This document shows positions 34,968 to 44,893 of a DNA stretch of 64,000 bases, in pieces. A program made the position numbers and the translations under genes. Source of the DNA: an uncultured delta proteobacterium (GTDB lineage Bacteria > Myxococcota_A > Polyangia > Polyangiales > Polyangiaceae); NCBI GenBank assembly GCA_963841435.1, contig CAWJCS010000006.1, positions 1,664,001-1,728,000 of the forward strand, written 5' to 3'. The notes under the pieces are model-generated. The model saw only the letters and a list, made by a program, of their open reading frames with translations, was not told the origin of the DNA and searched no databases. Numbering within the stretch: position 1 is the stretch's first letter; every line of letters begins with the position of its first letter.

Positions 34968-36509
34968 CTACCGTTCTGCCCAGAGCTCGCGGCCGACGAG
35001 GACCAGGCCGGCGACGAACAAAAGGCCGGCGACGAGGCTCGTCTTGATGGGCCCGAGCGAGAACACCTCGCCCGTCGACGACGCGTAGATGCGATCGAGC
35101 GCGGTGAGCGCGATGCTCGCGACGACGGCGCCGAGACCGGGCGCGAGCCTTCGCGCGAGCGACGGCGGCACGCTGGGCGCCGGCGTCGAATGGCGCTGGA
35201 CCGCTTGCTGCTCGCCCGGGGGCGCCTGGCCCGCCGCAGGCGCCGGCGGGAAGGACACGGCGAGCGCCGGGCTGCGCGCGCCGGCCGGGGGCGCCCCGGA
35301 GGCCCCCGAGGGCACGAGCGGGACTCGCTGGGACGTTGGGCTCAGCTCGAGGCGGGCGGGCGGAAGGCTCCCTGCCCCCAGGGGTGCGAGCGACCCTCGC
35401 TTGACGAGCTCGTCGGGCGCCACGTCGAGCGCGAGCGCCGCGCCGTGCCCGTCGGCACCGTCGAAATCGAGCTGGTGCACTCCGGGAAGCTCGAGCTTGT
35501 GCGTGCCGCTCGGCCGGCGCACCACGGGCACGAGGTCCGGGATCTCCGCGACGTTTGCCGCGACGGCGGTTGCCGGACGCTGAACGGCGTCGCGGAGCGC
35601 CTGCCAGAAGGCGCCGGCATCCTGGTAGCGGTCGCGCGGCGACACCGCGAGAGCGCGAACGAACACCGCTTCCACGGCATCGCCGACGAGGGCGCCGTGG
35701 GTGCGGGGCGTTGGACGGCGCTTTCGGTCGAGAACCTGCTGCATCACGGCCTGATGGGTCCCGGAGATGACGGGACGCCCGACGAGAGCCTCCGAGAGCG
35801 TGAGCGCGAGCCCCCAGACGTTGGTGAACGGGCCCGTCGTGCCGAGCTCCTTCGGCATCCATTGCTCGGGTGCGCCGTAGGCGGGGGTAAAGAGCGCCAC
35901 CCCGCTCGAGTCGGCGCCGACGCGCGTCGCGGCGCGCTGCACCTGCGCGACGCCGAAATCGAGGATCTTTACCGTGCGCTCGCCCGCGACGATCGCGACG
36001 AACACGTTCTCCGGCTTGAGGTCGCAGTGCACGATGCATTCGTCCCCCGCGGGCCCCTGAAAGTGGTGGGCCCGCGAAAGCGCGTGCGCGACGGGGTCGA
36101 GCAGCTCGATGAGTTTCTCGAGCTCGAGCGGCGGCCTACGCTCTGCCGTCCGCTTCTGAATGATGGCGTCGAGCGTCTCACCCTCGAGCCACTCGAGCAC
36201 CATGAACGGGACGAAAGCTCCCGTCGGTGTCGTCATGGCATCGACGTGCAGCGGGCGCACCACCGTGGAAAGACTGGCCGAGAGCCGGAACATCACCTCG
36301 GCCTCGGCGCGGAACTGCTCGAGAAAGACCGTCTGTTGCTGGCGCGCGAGGTGCTGCGGCACCTTGAGGCACTTCAGCGCGACCGGCGCGCGAAAACCGC
36401 CGTGATGCGCGCGGTACACGACGCCGAAGCCGCCCTCGGCGACGACGGATTCCACCTGATAAGCGGAAGCGACGACATGCCCGACGATCCCGAACCGGTC
36501 CGCGGTCAT
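34968..36509 (-). CDS. Ser/Thr protein kinase with two C-terminal TM helices
   Basis: AEGGFGVVY, VALK, HCDLKPEN, DFG and APEQ. Confidence 0.92.
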   Translation of the reverse strand: MTADRFGIVGHVVASAYQVESVVAEGGFGVVYRAHHGGFRAPVALKCLKVPQHLARQQQTVFLEQFRAEAEVMFRLSASLSTVVRPLHVDAMTTPTGAFVPFMVLEWLEGETLDAIIQKRTAERRPPLELEKLIELLDPVAHALSRAHHFQGPAGDECIVHCDLKPENVFVAIVAGERTVKILDFGVAQVQRAATRVGADSSGVALFTPAYGAPEQWMPKELGTTGPFTNVWGLALTLSEALVGRPVISGTHQAVMQQVLDRKRRPTPRTHGALVGDAVEAVFVRALAVSPRDRYQDAGAFWQALRDAVQRPATAVAANVAEIPDLVPVVRRPSGTHKLELPGVHQLDFDGADGHGAALALDVAPDELVKRGSLAPLGAGSLPPARLELSPTSQRVPLVPSGASGAPPAGARSPALAVSFPPAPAAGQAPPGEQQAVQRHSTPAPSVPPSLARRLAPGLGAVVASIALTALDRIYASSTGEVFSLGPIKTSLVAGLLFVAGLVLVGRELWAER

Positions 36510-36528
36510 CGGCCCCGTGACCTCGCCG

Positions 36529-38046
36529 TCAGGCGATGCTGATCCCTAGTTGGCGGCGGAGCTGGAAGTAGCGCTCGCTGCTCGCGAAAGCGAAGAGGTC
36601 CTTGGCTAGCTCTCCCACCCCTCGCTCCTCGGATCCGAGCAGGCCGAGCGCCGTCCCGAGGTCGTTGCAGAGCAGGAGCCCGGCGCGGCACGCCGTTTTC
36701 TCGGTTGCGAGCGCCCAACGCTGCAGGTTCGTGCGCCCACCCTCCTCGACGAAGCGCAGGAAGCACCCACGCAGGATGTCGATCTGGCCGGGCTCGAGCA
36801 GCGGCTGGATGGCGTTCGCGATGGGGGTCACGCGCTGCTTCATGTCGTCGGCGATCGGCAGGCCAGGGTTGCCGATCACGAGCGCCGCGAGGAACAGGTC
36901 CTCGAGGTCCAGGATCCCACCGAAGAGCGTCTTGACGTAGTGCTCGTTGCGGTACCAGCTAAGGTGTCGCCCCGCGAAGAACGCGTGCTCGAGCTGCGTC
37001 CTGCCGCTCAGCACGCGCTTGCCGATCACGGTCACGGGCGGGACGCCCGGCACGTGCTCGAAGCCCACGTCGCGATCGCGCTCGACGTAGATCGGCGGCG
37101 CCGCCAGTCCCAGGATTGCCGCCGCCCACGGAATCGCCCGCACGGCGGTCACGGTGGCCTTGGCGACGTCCTGCTTTTCGGCGGGCGCCGGCTGGTGAAG
37201 CTTGCCGTCGCGGCGCAGCGTCGTGACGCGACCGATCAGCACGGCGGGCGCGATCACGCTGAAGATCTGACCCGTGAGGACCTCCTCCTCGGGGTGGAAG
37301 AGCTGGTCGTACCAGGCGGACTGGGCAAGGCCCGCGCGCGGCGCGATGAGGGTCTCACTCTTGTGAGCCGCAAATTCCTCGGTTTCGGCGGGCGTCGCTG
37401 CGCCGAGCGCGACGAGGCACTGCGCGAGACACCAGGCGCGATCCTTGTCGCCGCGCGCCGCGTAGATCGCGTGGAGCTGGCGGTGCGCGTCGGCGTCCAT
37501 CGGGTTGCGGCGCACGCGGCGCCAGGCCTCATCGGGATCCTCGGTCGCGCGCGCCGCCTCCGCCTCGAGGCCGCTGAGGTTGACCTCGACGTTGATGGCG
37601 GCCTGAGCGCGGCGAAGCTCGTCCTCGAGCGCTACGATGCGGGCCTCGAGCTGCTCGATGCGCTTGAGCAGAAGCGCGCGCCCTGCGTCACCTTCGGCAT
37701 CGACGCGCAGCGGCACGAGCGACGCCGCCGGCTCTTCGTAGTGCTCGACGATCTGCACGTGGTGCCGCGTTTGATACGCGGCCACCATCGCCTGCTCGAG
37801 CCGCGCGAGGCGCCCCCGGTCGAGGCCGAGGTTGTGTGCGGCCTTCTCGAGGCGAGCGCGCTCCTCGGCGGTGATGATGCCGTCTTCGAGCACCTCCGCG
37901 AAGAGCTCTTCGTATTGCAGCTCGAGAGGCCCGAGCGCGAATCCGCCCGCGACCTCCCCTGCGGCGAAGCCCGAAAGATGCTCGAAGCTGTCGCGCCCGT
38001 CGGCGCCCGATGCAGGAACCGACGGTCCCTCCGCTTGGGTCGTCAC
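36529..38046 (-). CDS. Hypothetical helical (TPR-like/coiled-coil) protein
   Basis: 505-aa ORF with a coiled coil and helical repeats, in the same apparent operon as the kinase. Confidence 0.6.
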   Translation of the reverse strand: MTTQAEGPSVPASGADGRDSFEHLSGFAAGEVAGGFALGPLELQYEELFAEVLEDGIITAEERARLEKAAHNLGLDRGRLARLEQAMVAAYQTRHHVQIVEHYEEPAASLVPLRVDAEGDAGRALLLKRIEQLEARIVALEDELRRAQAAINVEVNLSGLEAEAARATEDPDEAWRRVRRNPMDADAHRQLHAIYAARGDKDRAWCLAQCLVALGAATPAETEEFAAHKSETLIAPRAGLAQSAWYDQLFHPEEEVLTGQIFSVIAPAVLIGRVTTLRRDGKLHQPAPAEKQDVAKATVTAVRAIPWAAAILGLAAPPIYVERDRDVGFEHVPGVPPVTVIGKRVLSGRTQLEHAFFAGRHLSWYRNEHYVKTLFGGILDLEDLFLAALVIGNPGLPIADDMKQRVTPIANAIQPLLEPGQIDILRGCFLRFVEEGGRTNLQRWALATEKTACRAGLLLCNDLGTALGLLGSEERGVGELAKDLFAFASSERYFQLRRQLGISIA

Positions 38047-39311
38047 GCCCCGCCCTGGCCGCCGTTGCCACCGCTGCCGCTGCCACCCGTGCCCGTCATG
38101 TGGCCGGCCGGACAGGTCTCGAGCGTGTCGGCCGCCGTCTCGCCGCTCTGCAGCGGGCGGCAGTAACCCTCGCGTCCGAAGATGTTGAGGATCTCGCCGG
38201 CGGTGTCGTCGATGCAGCTCTCACTCGAGAGCACGCAGTCGGCGTTGCAGTCGCACAGCGACCCGCAGATGCCGACGTTGCCCGCGCCGAGATCGCCCGG
38301 CGGCGAGAGGATCGTCGGGAACAGGCAGCCGGCGTCGGGCAGGCCCGTGCCGTCCCAGCCGCAGCCCGTGAACGCGGAGGAGAAGCTGCAGAACGCGGCA
38401 CAGGAGCCCTCGTTGCCCGTGCTGTCGGAGGGGACGCAGAATCCGTTGCAGGGATCGGTCGCGGCGTTGGGATCGCAGGGCGCGCCGATGGGCAACCCAG
38501 ACGGCTCGGAGTCGGTGCAAAGCCCCGTCGAAAAGTCACAGAACTGGCCAGACCCGCAGTCGAAGTCCCCGCCGCAGGTCGGGAGGCAGCCCGTGACGAT
38601 ATCGCCGCAGACCCGCGGCGCGCTCGTGCTGCACAGCTGACCCGAGAGGCAGTCGTCCGTCGAGGCGCAGCTCGTGTTCGTGGGGAGCAGGCCGAGCAGC
38701 GTGCACGAGAGATCGGTACGGGACTGACACTTCGGGACGCCCGCGCCCCCGGTGATGCAACCCTGCACGCAGTACGAGGCATTGGTGTCGAAGTCGATGC
38801 AATAGGCGTCATTCGAAAGCTCGAGGCACTGCGTGTCGGAGGTGCAAGCGCGCGTACAGAGCCCGCCCGCCGGGCCGCCGCCCGACAAGCCGTCGTCCAT
38901 CAGACAGGTCAGCATCGGGTCGTCGCAATCGGCCGTGGTGCTGCACGAAGCCCCGAAATTCGGGGAGCCGACGCTACCGCCCGTGCCACTCGTGCCGCCG
39001 CGGCCCGAAGTGCCGCCCGCGCCGCTCGTACCGCCGCCACCGAGGAGCCCGCCGCCCGAGCCCCCCATCCTGCAGGTGCACGTTCCGTTCGACTGCATGA
39101 CGCCACCCGGCCCCGAGGTCTGCGTGAGATCGCAGAGCGGCGTCAGGCCGTCGCAGCAGGAGCCGCTGCTGGACGAGTTCTTGACAGCGTAGCTTTCGCC
39201 TTCCTTCTTGCACGACGAGCCGCCGCCGGTCGCTTCGTCGCTACCGCAACTCGCGGTCGACAGCACGAACCCCGTGAGCATCAAAACAAGCGAGGCAAGT
39301 CCATTTCTCAT
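38043..39311 (-). CDS. Cys-rich lipoprotein (paralog A)
   Basis: Lipobox STASC, Gly linker and many Cys repeats. Confidence 0.7.
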   Translation of the reverse strand: MRNGLASLVLMLTGFVLSTASCGSDEATGGGSSCKKEGESYAVKNSSSSGSCCDGLTPLCDLTQTSGPGGVMQSNGTCTCRMGGSGGGLLGGGGTSGAGGTSGRGGTSGTGGSVGSPNFGASCSTTADCDDPMLTCLMDDGLSGGGPAGGLCTRACTSDTQCLELSNDAYCIDFDTNASYCVQGCITGGAGVPKCQSRTDLSCTLLGLLPTNTSCASTDDCLSGQLCSTSAPRVCGDIVTGCLPTCGGDFDCGSGQFCDFSTGLCTDSEPSGLPIGAPCDPNAATDPCNGFCVPSDSTGNEGSCAAFCSFSSAFTGCGWDGTGLPDAGCLFPTILSPPGDLGAGNVGICGSLCDCNADCVLSSESCIDDTAGEILNIFGREGYCRPLQSGETAADTLETCPAGHMTGTGGSGSGGNGGQGGA

Positions 39312-39409
39312 CGTGAAATCTCCCGGGGCGCGGCCCGCCCTCCTAGTGTGGTCGTCCGACCTCCACCGAGGCAAGCGCTTTCGTGTGCCATTCGCCCCTG
39401 CCCCGCCCA

Positions 39410-40570
39410 TCACGGACACGCGCCAATCGCGTCAGCCTCGGACTCCCCGCCGAGGAGCGGGCGGCAATACCCCGCGCGGCCCCAGATCGCCAAGACCTCC
39501 CCACCGCTGTCGTCCACGCAACGGTCGTCCGCCGCTAGACAGTCGTCGTCGCAGTCGCACAACGCGCCGCACAAACCCACGTCGCCAACCCCAACGTCCT
39601 TCGACAGGCGCGTCGCAAACAAGCAGGCGGAGTCGGCCGGTAGCGAGCCGTCCCACCCGCAGCCGATGGCGCGCGGAGCGAGCGTGCAGAAGGCGGTGCA
39701 CAAACCTTCGTCACCGCCGTTGCTCGTTGGCAGGCAAAAACCGTTGCACTGATTGGCCATGGCGTGCGGATCGCAAAGCGCTCCCACGGGTCTTCCCGAG
39801 GGCGGTTCGGGGACGCACAGTCCACTCGCGAGGTCGCAGAAAGTTCCGGTGGCACAGGCTGCGTCGCCCCCGCAGCTCGGCAGGCAGCCGGTCACGGCCT
39901 CGCTGCAGCGGCGGGGCTCCATCCCCATCGAGCAGAGCTCGGCAGGTCCGCAGTCTTCGGGGCGCTCGCACGCGCGGTTCGTCGGGATCAACCCGAGCAA
40001 GCCGCACGCCATGTCGATGCGCTCGTGGCATTTGGGCTCTCCCGCGACACCCGTCGTGCAACCCTCGAGGCATACGGAGCTCCTGTGCTCGTGGTCGAAC
40101 GAGACGCAGCGGGCGCCCTCCGCCACGTTGCGACAGTCATCGTCGGTGCGGCACCCGAGCGTGCAGAGCCCGCCGCCGGGGCTCGCTCCCGCGAGCATGC
40201 GCCCAGAGCTAGTGACGCAGTCGAGCTCGGCCGCGCAGTCCTGTTCGTTCTGGCACGCGTCGCCGAGCCGTCCGTCACCCGCCATCGAGGGCGCGCCGCC
40301 CGCGTCACCCCCGCCCGCGGGCACGCCCGCCGCGTCGCCGGCAGCCGCCCCGTCCCCACCCGCACCCGCGCGCCCCCCAGGCTCCACACCCCCCACGGCG
40401 CTGGTGCCAGCCGTCCCGGACGGTGCGCCGGCGCCGGCCTGACCCCCGGCGCCCCCCAGGGCGACGCCGCCCGCCTTTTCCACAGGAACGTCGTCCGCCA
40501 TGCAGGCGCCCGCGAGCCAGACAGCAGCGAGCCCGGCAATCGCAAAGGCCTTCGAACCGGCGCGCTTCAT
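39410..40570 (-). CDS. Cys-rich lipoprotein (paralog B)
   Basis: Lipobox LAGAC. Colinear with paralog A (GGLCT, PKC..R.D..C.LLGL.PTN, GCGWDG, GYCRPL). Confidence 0.7.
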   Translation of the reverse strand: MKRAGSKAFAIAGLAAVWLAGACMADDVPVEKAGGVALGGAGGQAGAGAPSGTAGTSAVGGVEPGGRAGAGGDGAAAGDAAGVPAGGGDAGGAPSMAGDGRLGDACQNEQDCAAELDCVTSSGRMLAGASPGGGLCTLGCRTDDDCRNVAEGARCVSFDHEHRSSVCLEGCTTGVAGEPKCHERIDMACGLLGLIPTNRACERPEDCGPAELCSMGMEPRRCSEAVTGCLPSCGGDAACATGTFCDLASGLCVPEPPSGRPVGALCDPHAMANQCNGFCLPTSNGGDEGLCTAFCTLAPRAIGCGWDGSLPADSACLFATRLSKDVGVGDVGLCGALCDCDDDCLAADDRCVDDSGGEVLAIWGRAGYCRPLLGGESEADAIGACP

Positions 40571-40743
40571 ACGTAGCTCATGCCCCCAAATGCGTTGGTG
40601 CCGCGTTCGCAGCCAAACAAGGCCCCCTGACGCAGAGCGCCGGCGCAGCCCTCGAGCCGCCCGGCCCACGGAGAAAAGCCGGCGAAGAAACCGCCTTGCG
40701 GCCGGCGATCCCCTCGTGAGAAGAGTACGCGGACGAAAACGTC

Positions 40744-40816
40744 GGGTCGATAGCTCAGCCGGCAGAGCAGCGGATTTTTAATCCGTTGGTCCCGGGTTCG
40801 ATCCCCGGTCAACCCA
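40744..40816 (+). tRNA. tRNA-Lys (TTT)
   Basis: Cloverleaf with anticodon stem GCGGA/TCCGT and T-loop TTCGATC. One acceptor-stem mismatch. Confidence 0.88.
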
Positions 40817-40891
40817 CTTAGGCCTCTTCGCGAGCCCCGTCGGGCGTGGCGAGCGGCCCTAGAAACCTTGAGCGAGATCGGAAAGGCTCGC

Positions 40892-42148
40892 TCAAGCCTG
40901 GGGGCGGAGCGAGGCGAGCAGCGGGCCGATGCTACGGGCCACCTCGGCTTCGGCATCCGAGCCCAGCGCCGCGCCCACGCTGAAGAGCGCGAAACTCACG
41001 TACTCGTGCAGCATCTGCTTCAGCACGTTGTCGGGCTCCGCGCCCCCCGCCACGATCACGGCATTCTGCGCGACGCGCTCGGCGTCGAGCACACCTTGCG
41101 CATCCGGGCCGGCCCCGCGAAACAGCATCTCGTAAACGCCCGCGCCCACGGCGAAGCCCGAGAGACTCTCCCGCACCTCCGCTGCCTTGCCTGCGGCGTC
41201 CGCTGTCGCAAAGAGCGCACCGAGCGCGCCGTTGGCCGCGTTCACGAGCGACGTGGGTCCGCCCGAAACGCGCGGCGGGTGCATCACGACGTGGTGCGAC
41301 TGTACGAGCGCGTACAGGACCCTCGTCGTCTCAAACTCGCCGAGCCCCGTGGAGCGGCCGATCTCCTCGACGCTGCTCTTGCCGTCGACCCCCCCGAGCA
41401 CGCGCTCGAACCCTTCGGGGACGGCGCCGCTACCCGACGCGCGCAGTGGCACGTGCTCGGGCGACGGAACCTTTAGGCGAAAATAGCGCATCTCGTCGAG
41501 ACGCGTCACGCCATCCATCAAAAGCGCGGTCGCGCTCAGCGTGTGGTGCGAGACGAGGCGCGCGTCATCGAAGCCTTCGAGGAAGAAGAACGTGCCGTCG
41601 GACACGGTGAGCGTCGCGAACACGATCTCCTGAATCTGTTTCGAGATGTGCGCGTAGAGCACCTCCTGCGTGATGAGGCCGAGCTCGAGCGCCGTTTCGC
41701 CGAAGCGCCGGCCCTTGCTCTGCTCGAGCACGAGCGAGAGCTGATCCACGGTCAGCGCGCCGTAGCGATAGAGTACCGAACCGATGCGTTCGTCGTCCAC
41801 GCTCGTCGTCGCACCCACGACGTTGCCTTGATCGAAGAACACGGACCGAACGCGCTCGCGATCCTCGACGACGAGCTCACCCCGAAAGCCCGTCTGCGCC
41901 AAAAGCGCGAGCACGTCCGAGAGCGCACCCGGCGCGGTGACCTCGCCCGCCAGGCGCACGATGGCACCGTCGCCCACGTCGCGGCGCCCGTCTTCACCGG
42001 TGAAGCGCATGAAAACCACGTGCCGCGGTGACGGCAGCACGCGGTACGCGCCGGCGCGGGCACGCATGCGCCGCCCCGCGACGACGCCGATCGGGTGGGC
42101 CTCGCCGCGGGCGTCGATGCGCACGAGCTCATCGCGAGCCTCCGTCAT
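40892..42148 (-). CDS. DUF4388/PatA-N-like domain protein
   Basis: LSDVLALL...GELVV...SVFFDQG.VVGA and LLMDGVTRLDE pattern. Confidence 0.7.
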   Translation of the reverse strand: MTEARDELVRIDARGEAHPIGVVAGRRMRARAGAYRVLPSPRHVVFMRFTGEDGRRDVGDGAIVRLAGEVTAPGALSDVLALLAQTGFRGELVVEDRERVRSVFFDQGNVVGATTSVDDERIGSVLYRYGALTVDQLSLVLEQSKGRRFGETALELGLITQEVLYAHISKQIQEIVFATLTVSDGTFFFLEGFDDARLVSHHTLSATALLMDGVTRLDEMRYFRLKVPSPEHVPLRASGSGAVPEGFERVLGGVDGKSSVEEIGRSTGLGEFETTRVLYALVQSHHVVMHPPRVSGGPTSLVNAANGALGALFATADAAGKAAEVRESLSGFAVGAGVYEMLFRGAGPDAQGVLDAERVAQNAVIVAGGAEPDNVLKQMLHEYVSFALFSVGAALGSDAEAEVARSIGPLLASLRPQA

Positions 42149-42293
42149 CCTGACTCATCATTCTAACACGTCGCGCAACGCGCCGGGCGCTCGTTCGGGC
42201 CTCCGGCGCCGCGGCCCGCGTCTCCTTTTCAGGGCGCGTGGGGCGGGCCCCGCGTCCTTGCCAGGGCAGCAGCCACCGGGCAGGCTTTGGCGC

Positions 42294-43232
42294 ATGGTCG
42301 AAACGGAGCTCAACGCGGGGCGAGCCCGCGATCGCGAGTTCTGGCGGCGGCTATGCCCGGAGCTTGCGATTGAATCGGCGAAGCCAAGCCCGCGCTTCGC
42401 GCTCGGCGACGTCTCGGGGCTCGTCGAACGGCTCAAGTTCGAGGGATACGTCAACGTGCCCGCGGTGGTGCCGCCCGAAGCGTTCGAGCCACTTCAGCGA
42501 TGCATCGCCAAGCTTCACGAGCAAGAGATCCCGCTCGCGTTCGCGTTCGTCTACGACGAGCTCTGGCACGCGTTCCACGGTGTCGCCCGCTTCATCGAAG
42601 CGGTGCTCGGCAGGAGCTACCGTGCGCTGCCCGATTTCTGGGTCTGGCACGTCCTGCCTTCCGAACAAGCGGCCGGCTGGGGGCCCCATCGTGATCGCGT
42701 GCAGCCGACGCTCGAGCGCGATAACTCACCCCACTCGCTCACCGTGTGGCTACCGTTCAGCGACGCGACGCCGCTCAACGGCTGCATCTACGTGCTGCCG
42801 GCGCATCTCGACGAGCGGTTCCGGCGTCGCGTGTGGGACGGGCCCGATAACATCCTCGTCACGGATCCGCAGAACGTGCGAGCGCTGCCCGCGCCGGCCG
42901 GCAGTCTGCTCGCGTGGAACCAGGCCGTGCTCCACTGGGGCGGGCGCGCGAGCCGGCTCGCGGACGGCCCTCGCGCCAGCGCGGCTTTCGAGTTTCAGCG
43001 CGGCGACAGGCCCCCGTTCAACCAGCCGCTGCTCGACCCGCTGGCCGTTCCGTCCTTTTCCTTTCGCCTGGGGCTGATCGGCAAACAGGTCCTGCAGTAC
43101 CAGCACATGTATCCACTCACCGCCGACGTAGAAGCGATCGCCGCCGACCTGCGCAATCGCTACATGCCCGGTGCCGCGCCCGCGGGAATCGCTGAGCCGG
43201 GCGAGGTCGCAGGCGGCGGAGGGGGCGGCTGA
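42294..43232 (+). CDS. Phytanoyl-CoA dioxygenase (PhyH)-family 2OG-Fe(II) oxygenase
   Basis: PHRD (HxD), LTVWLPFSDATPLNGC and VLHWGG. Confidence 0.8.
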   Translation: MVETELNAGRARDREFWRRLCPELAIESAKPSPRFALGDVSGLVERLKFEGYVNVPAVVPPEAFEPLQRCIAKLHEQEIPLAFAFVYDELWHAFHGVARFIEAVLGRSYRALPDFWVWHVLPSEQAAGWGPHRDRVQPTLERDNSPHSLTVWLPFSDATPLNGCIYVLPAHLDERFRRRVWDGPDNILVTDPQNVRALPAPAGSLLAWNQAVLHWGGRASRLADGPRASAAFEFQRGDRPPFNQPLLDPLAVPSFSFRLGLIGKQVLQYQHMYPLTADVEAIAADLRNRYMPGAAPAGIAEPGEVAGGGGGG

Positions 43233-43299
43233 TCACGCACATGCGTGCGCGCTCGAGGCGCGGCGCCGGATCCGGAACGCTTCGCGGTACTCATCCCGC

Positions 43300-44868
43300 A
43301 TGATCCGAAAGGCTCGAGCCCAGCGGCTCGTAGCGGTCGCCGCGCTTGCGTGCACCGGTGCTTGCGCGTCGAACAACGATGACCCGTTCGCTGCGACGGA
43401 GGGCACCAGTGCGACGGGCGGTGGCGCGGGCGTCGGCGGATCGCTCGGGGGCGCGGCGGGAGCCGCGGGGACGAGCGCGGGCTCTGCGGGAGCGAGTGCG
43501 GGCTCCGCGGGAACGGCAGGAACAGCCGGCGATGCCGGCGCCGGGGCCGGTGGGACCGCAGCAGGGGCCGGCGGTTCCAGCGGAGGCTCGTCCGGCGCGG
43601 GAACGAGCGGCGAGCCCGGCAGCGGCACGGCCGGCGCGAGCGGGGCAGCCGGCGGGAGCGCAGGCGTGGCGCCCTTCGTGGTGAACGTGGAGCTCGCGAG
43701 CAACGTCAATCCGAGCGCCCCAGGCACGATTGGCATCGTCACCTGGTCGCTCGACGGGCCCACGCTCACCCAGGCGAACGTCGAGTTTGGCCTCGACGAG
43801 AGCTACGGCACGAGCGCGCCCGTGGACATGACGTCGCCGGACCATCGCACGCTGTTGCTCGGCATGAAGCCCGAGCGCACGTATCATTTTCGCGTCGTCG
43901 CGAGCGACGGCGTCGCGAGCTACGCGAGCAGCGACCACACCGTCGAAACCGGACCCCCCACGACGCTCGTCGAGCTTTCGAGCTTCCGCGTCGTCGATCC
44001 GGCCGCGCGCGAGCCCGGCTTCATCGTCACCGAGGAGCGCAACGGCGGCAACGTCGTCTTCGTGATGGACCCGGACGGGGAGATCGTCTGGTGGTTCGCG
44101 GGGGGGCCGGCCGACGGCATCGCGCGCGCGCGCCTCTCGGCCGACGGCAAGAACATGTGGCTCGTGTCGTCGGGCAACACGGGCGTGCCCGTGATGCGAG
44201 TGAGCATGGATACCCTCGATAGCCAGAGCTACGCGACGACGGGGGGAACGCACGACATCACCCCGGTCGAAGGTGCGACGATGGCCTACCTCGACTACGG
44301 CGAGAACGACTGCACGAGTATCTTCGAGATCGACCCGACGGGAAACGCGCACGAGGTGTTCGAGTCGCAGGGTGTCGTGGCGTCGGGCGGATGCCACGGC
44401 AACGCCGTGCGCTATTCCCTCGCCGAGGACGAATTTACGTACTCGGATCTGAGCCAGGACGTGCTCGTCTTGAACCGCGCAGGTGGGGTCCAGTGGCGGC
44501 TGTCGGAGCGCGTGAGCGGTGGGAACGGCGCCTGGGGCGGCGCGCAGCACGGCCACCAGCTGCTCGACGACGGTCTTTTGATCTTCGCGAACCGCGGCGA
44601 GGGCTCGAACGCCTCGGCCGCCATCGAGTACGACCTCGAGGGCAACGAGCGACGCCGCTTCCCGAGCGACGGCAACAGCGCGAACCTCGGTGACGTCCAG
44701 CGCCTACCCGGCGGCAACACCCTCATCACCTACTCGAACGAGGGCACGATCGAAGAGGTCAACGCGAGCGACGCCGTCGTGCTCGAAATTGCCGACTCCC
44801 GAGCGGCGTTTGGGTACTCCCTCTGGCTCGCGGATCTCTATCACCCCGTCCCCGACCAACTCGAGTAG
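43300..44868 (+). CDS. Arylsulfotransferase-like beta-propeller lipoprotein with FN3-like domain
   Basis: Lipobox TGAC, Gly/Ala linker, THD, CHGNAV, AQHGH and GDVQRLPGGNTLI. Confidence 0.65.
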   Translation: MIRKARAQRLVAVAALACTGACASNNDDPFAATEGTSATGGGAGVGGSLGGAAGAAGTSAGSAGASAGSAGTAGTAGDAGAGAGGTAAGAGGSSGGSSGAGTSGEPGSGTAGASGAAGGSAGVAPFVVNVELASNVNPSAPGTIGIVTWSLDGPTLTQANVEFGLDESYGTSAPVDMTSPDHRTLLLGMKPERTYHFRVVASDGVASYASSDHTVETGPPTTLVELSSFRVVDPAAREPGFIVTEERNGGNVVFVMDPDGEIVWWFAGGPADGIARARLSADGKNMWLVSSGNTGVPVMRVSMDTLDSQSYATTGGTHDITPVEGATMAYLDYGENDCTSIFEIDPTGNAHEVFESQGVVASGGCHGNAVRYSLAEDEFTYSDLSQDVLVLNRAGGVQWRLSERVSGGNGAWGGAQHGHQLLDDGLLIFANRGEGSNASAAIEYDLEGNERRRFPSDGNSANLGDVQRLPGGNTLITYSNEGTIEEVNASDAVVLEIADSRAAFGYSLWLADLYHPVPDQLE

Positions 44869-44893
44869 CCGCCCCGCCGACGGACGCCGCCGC

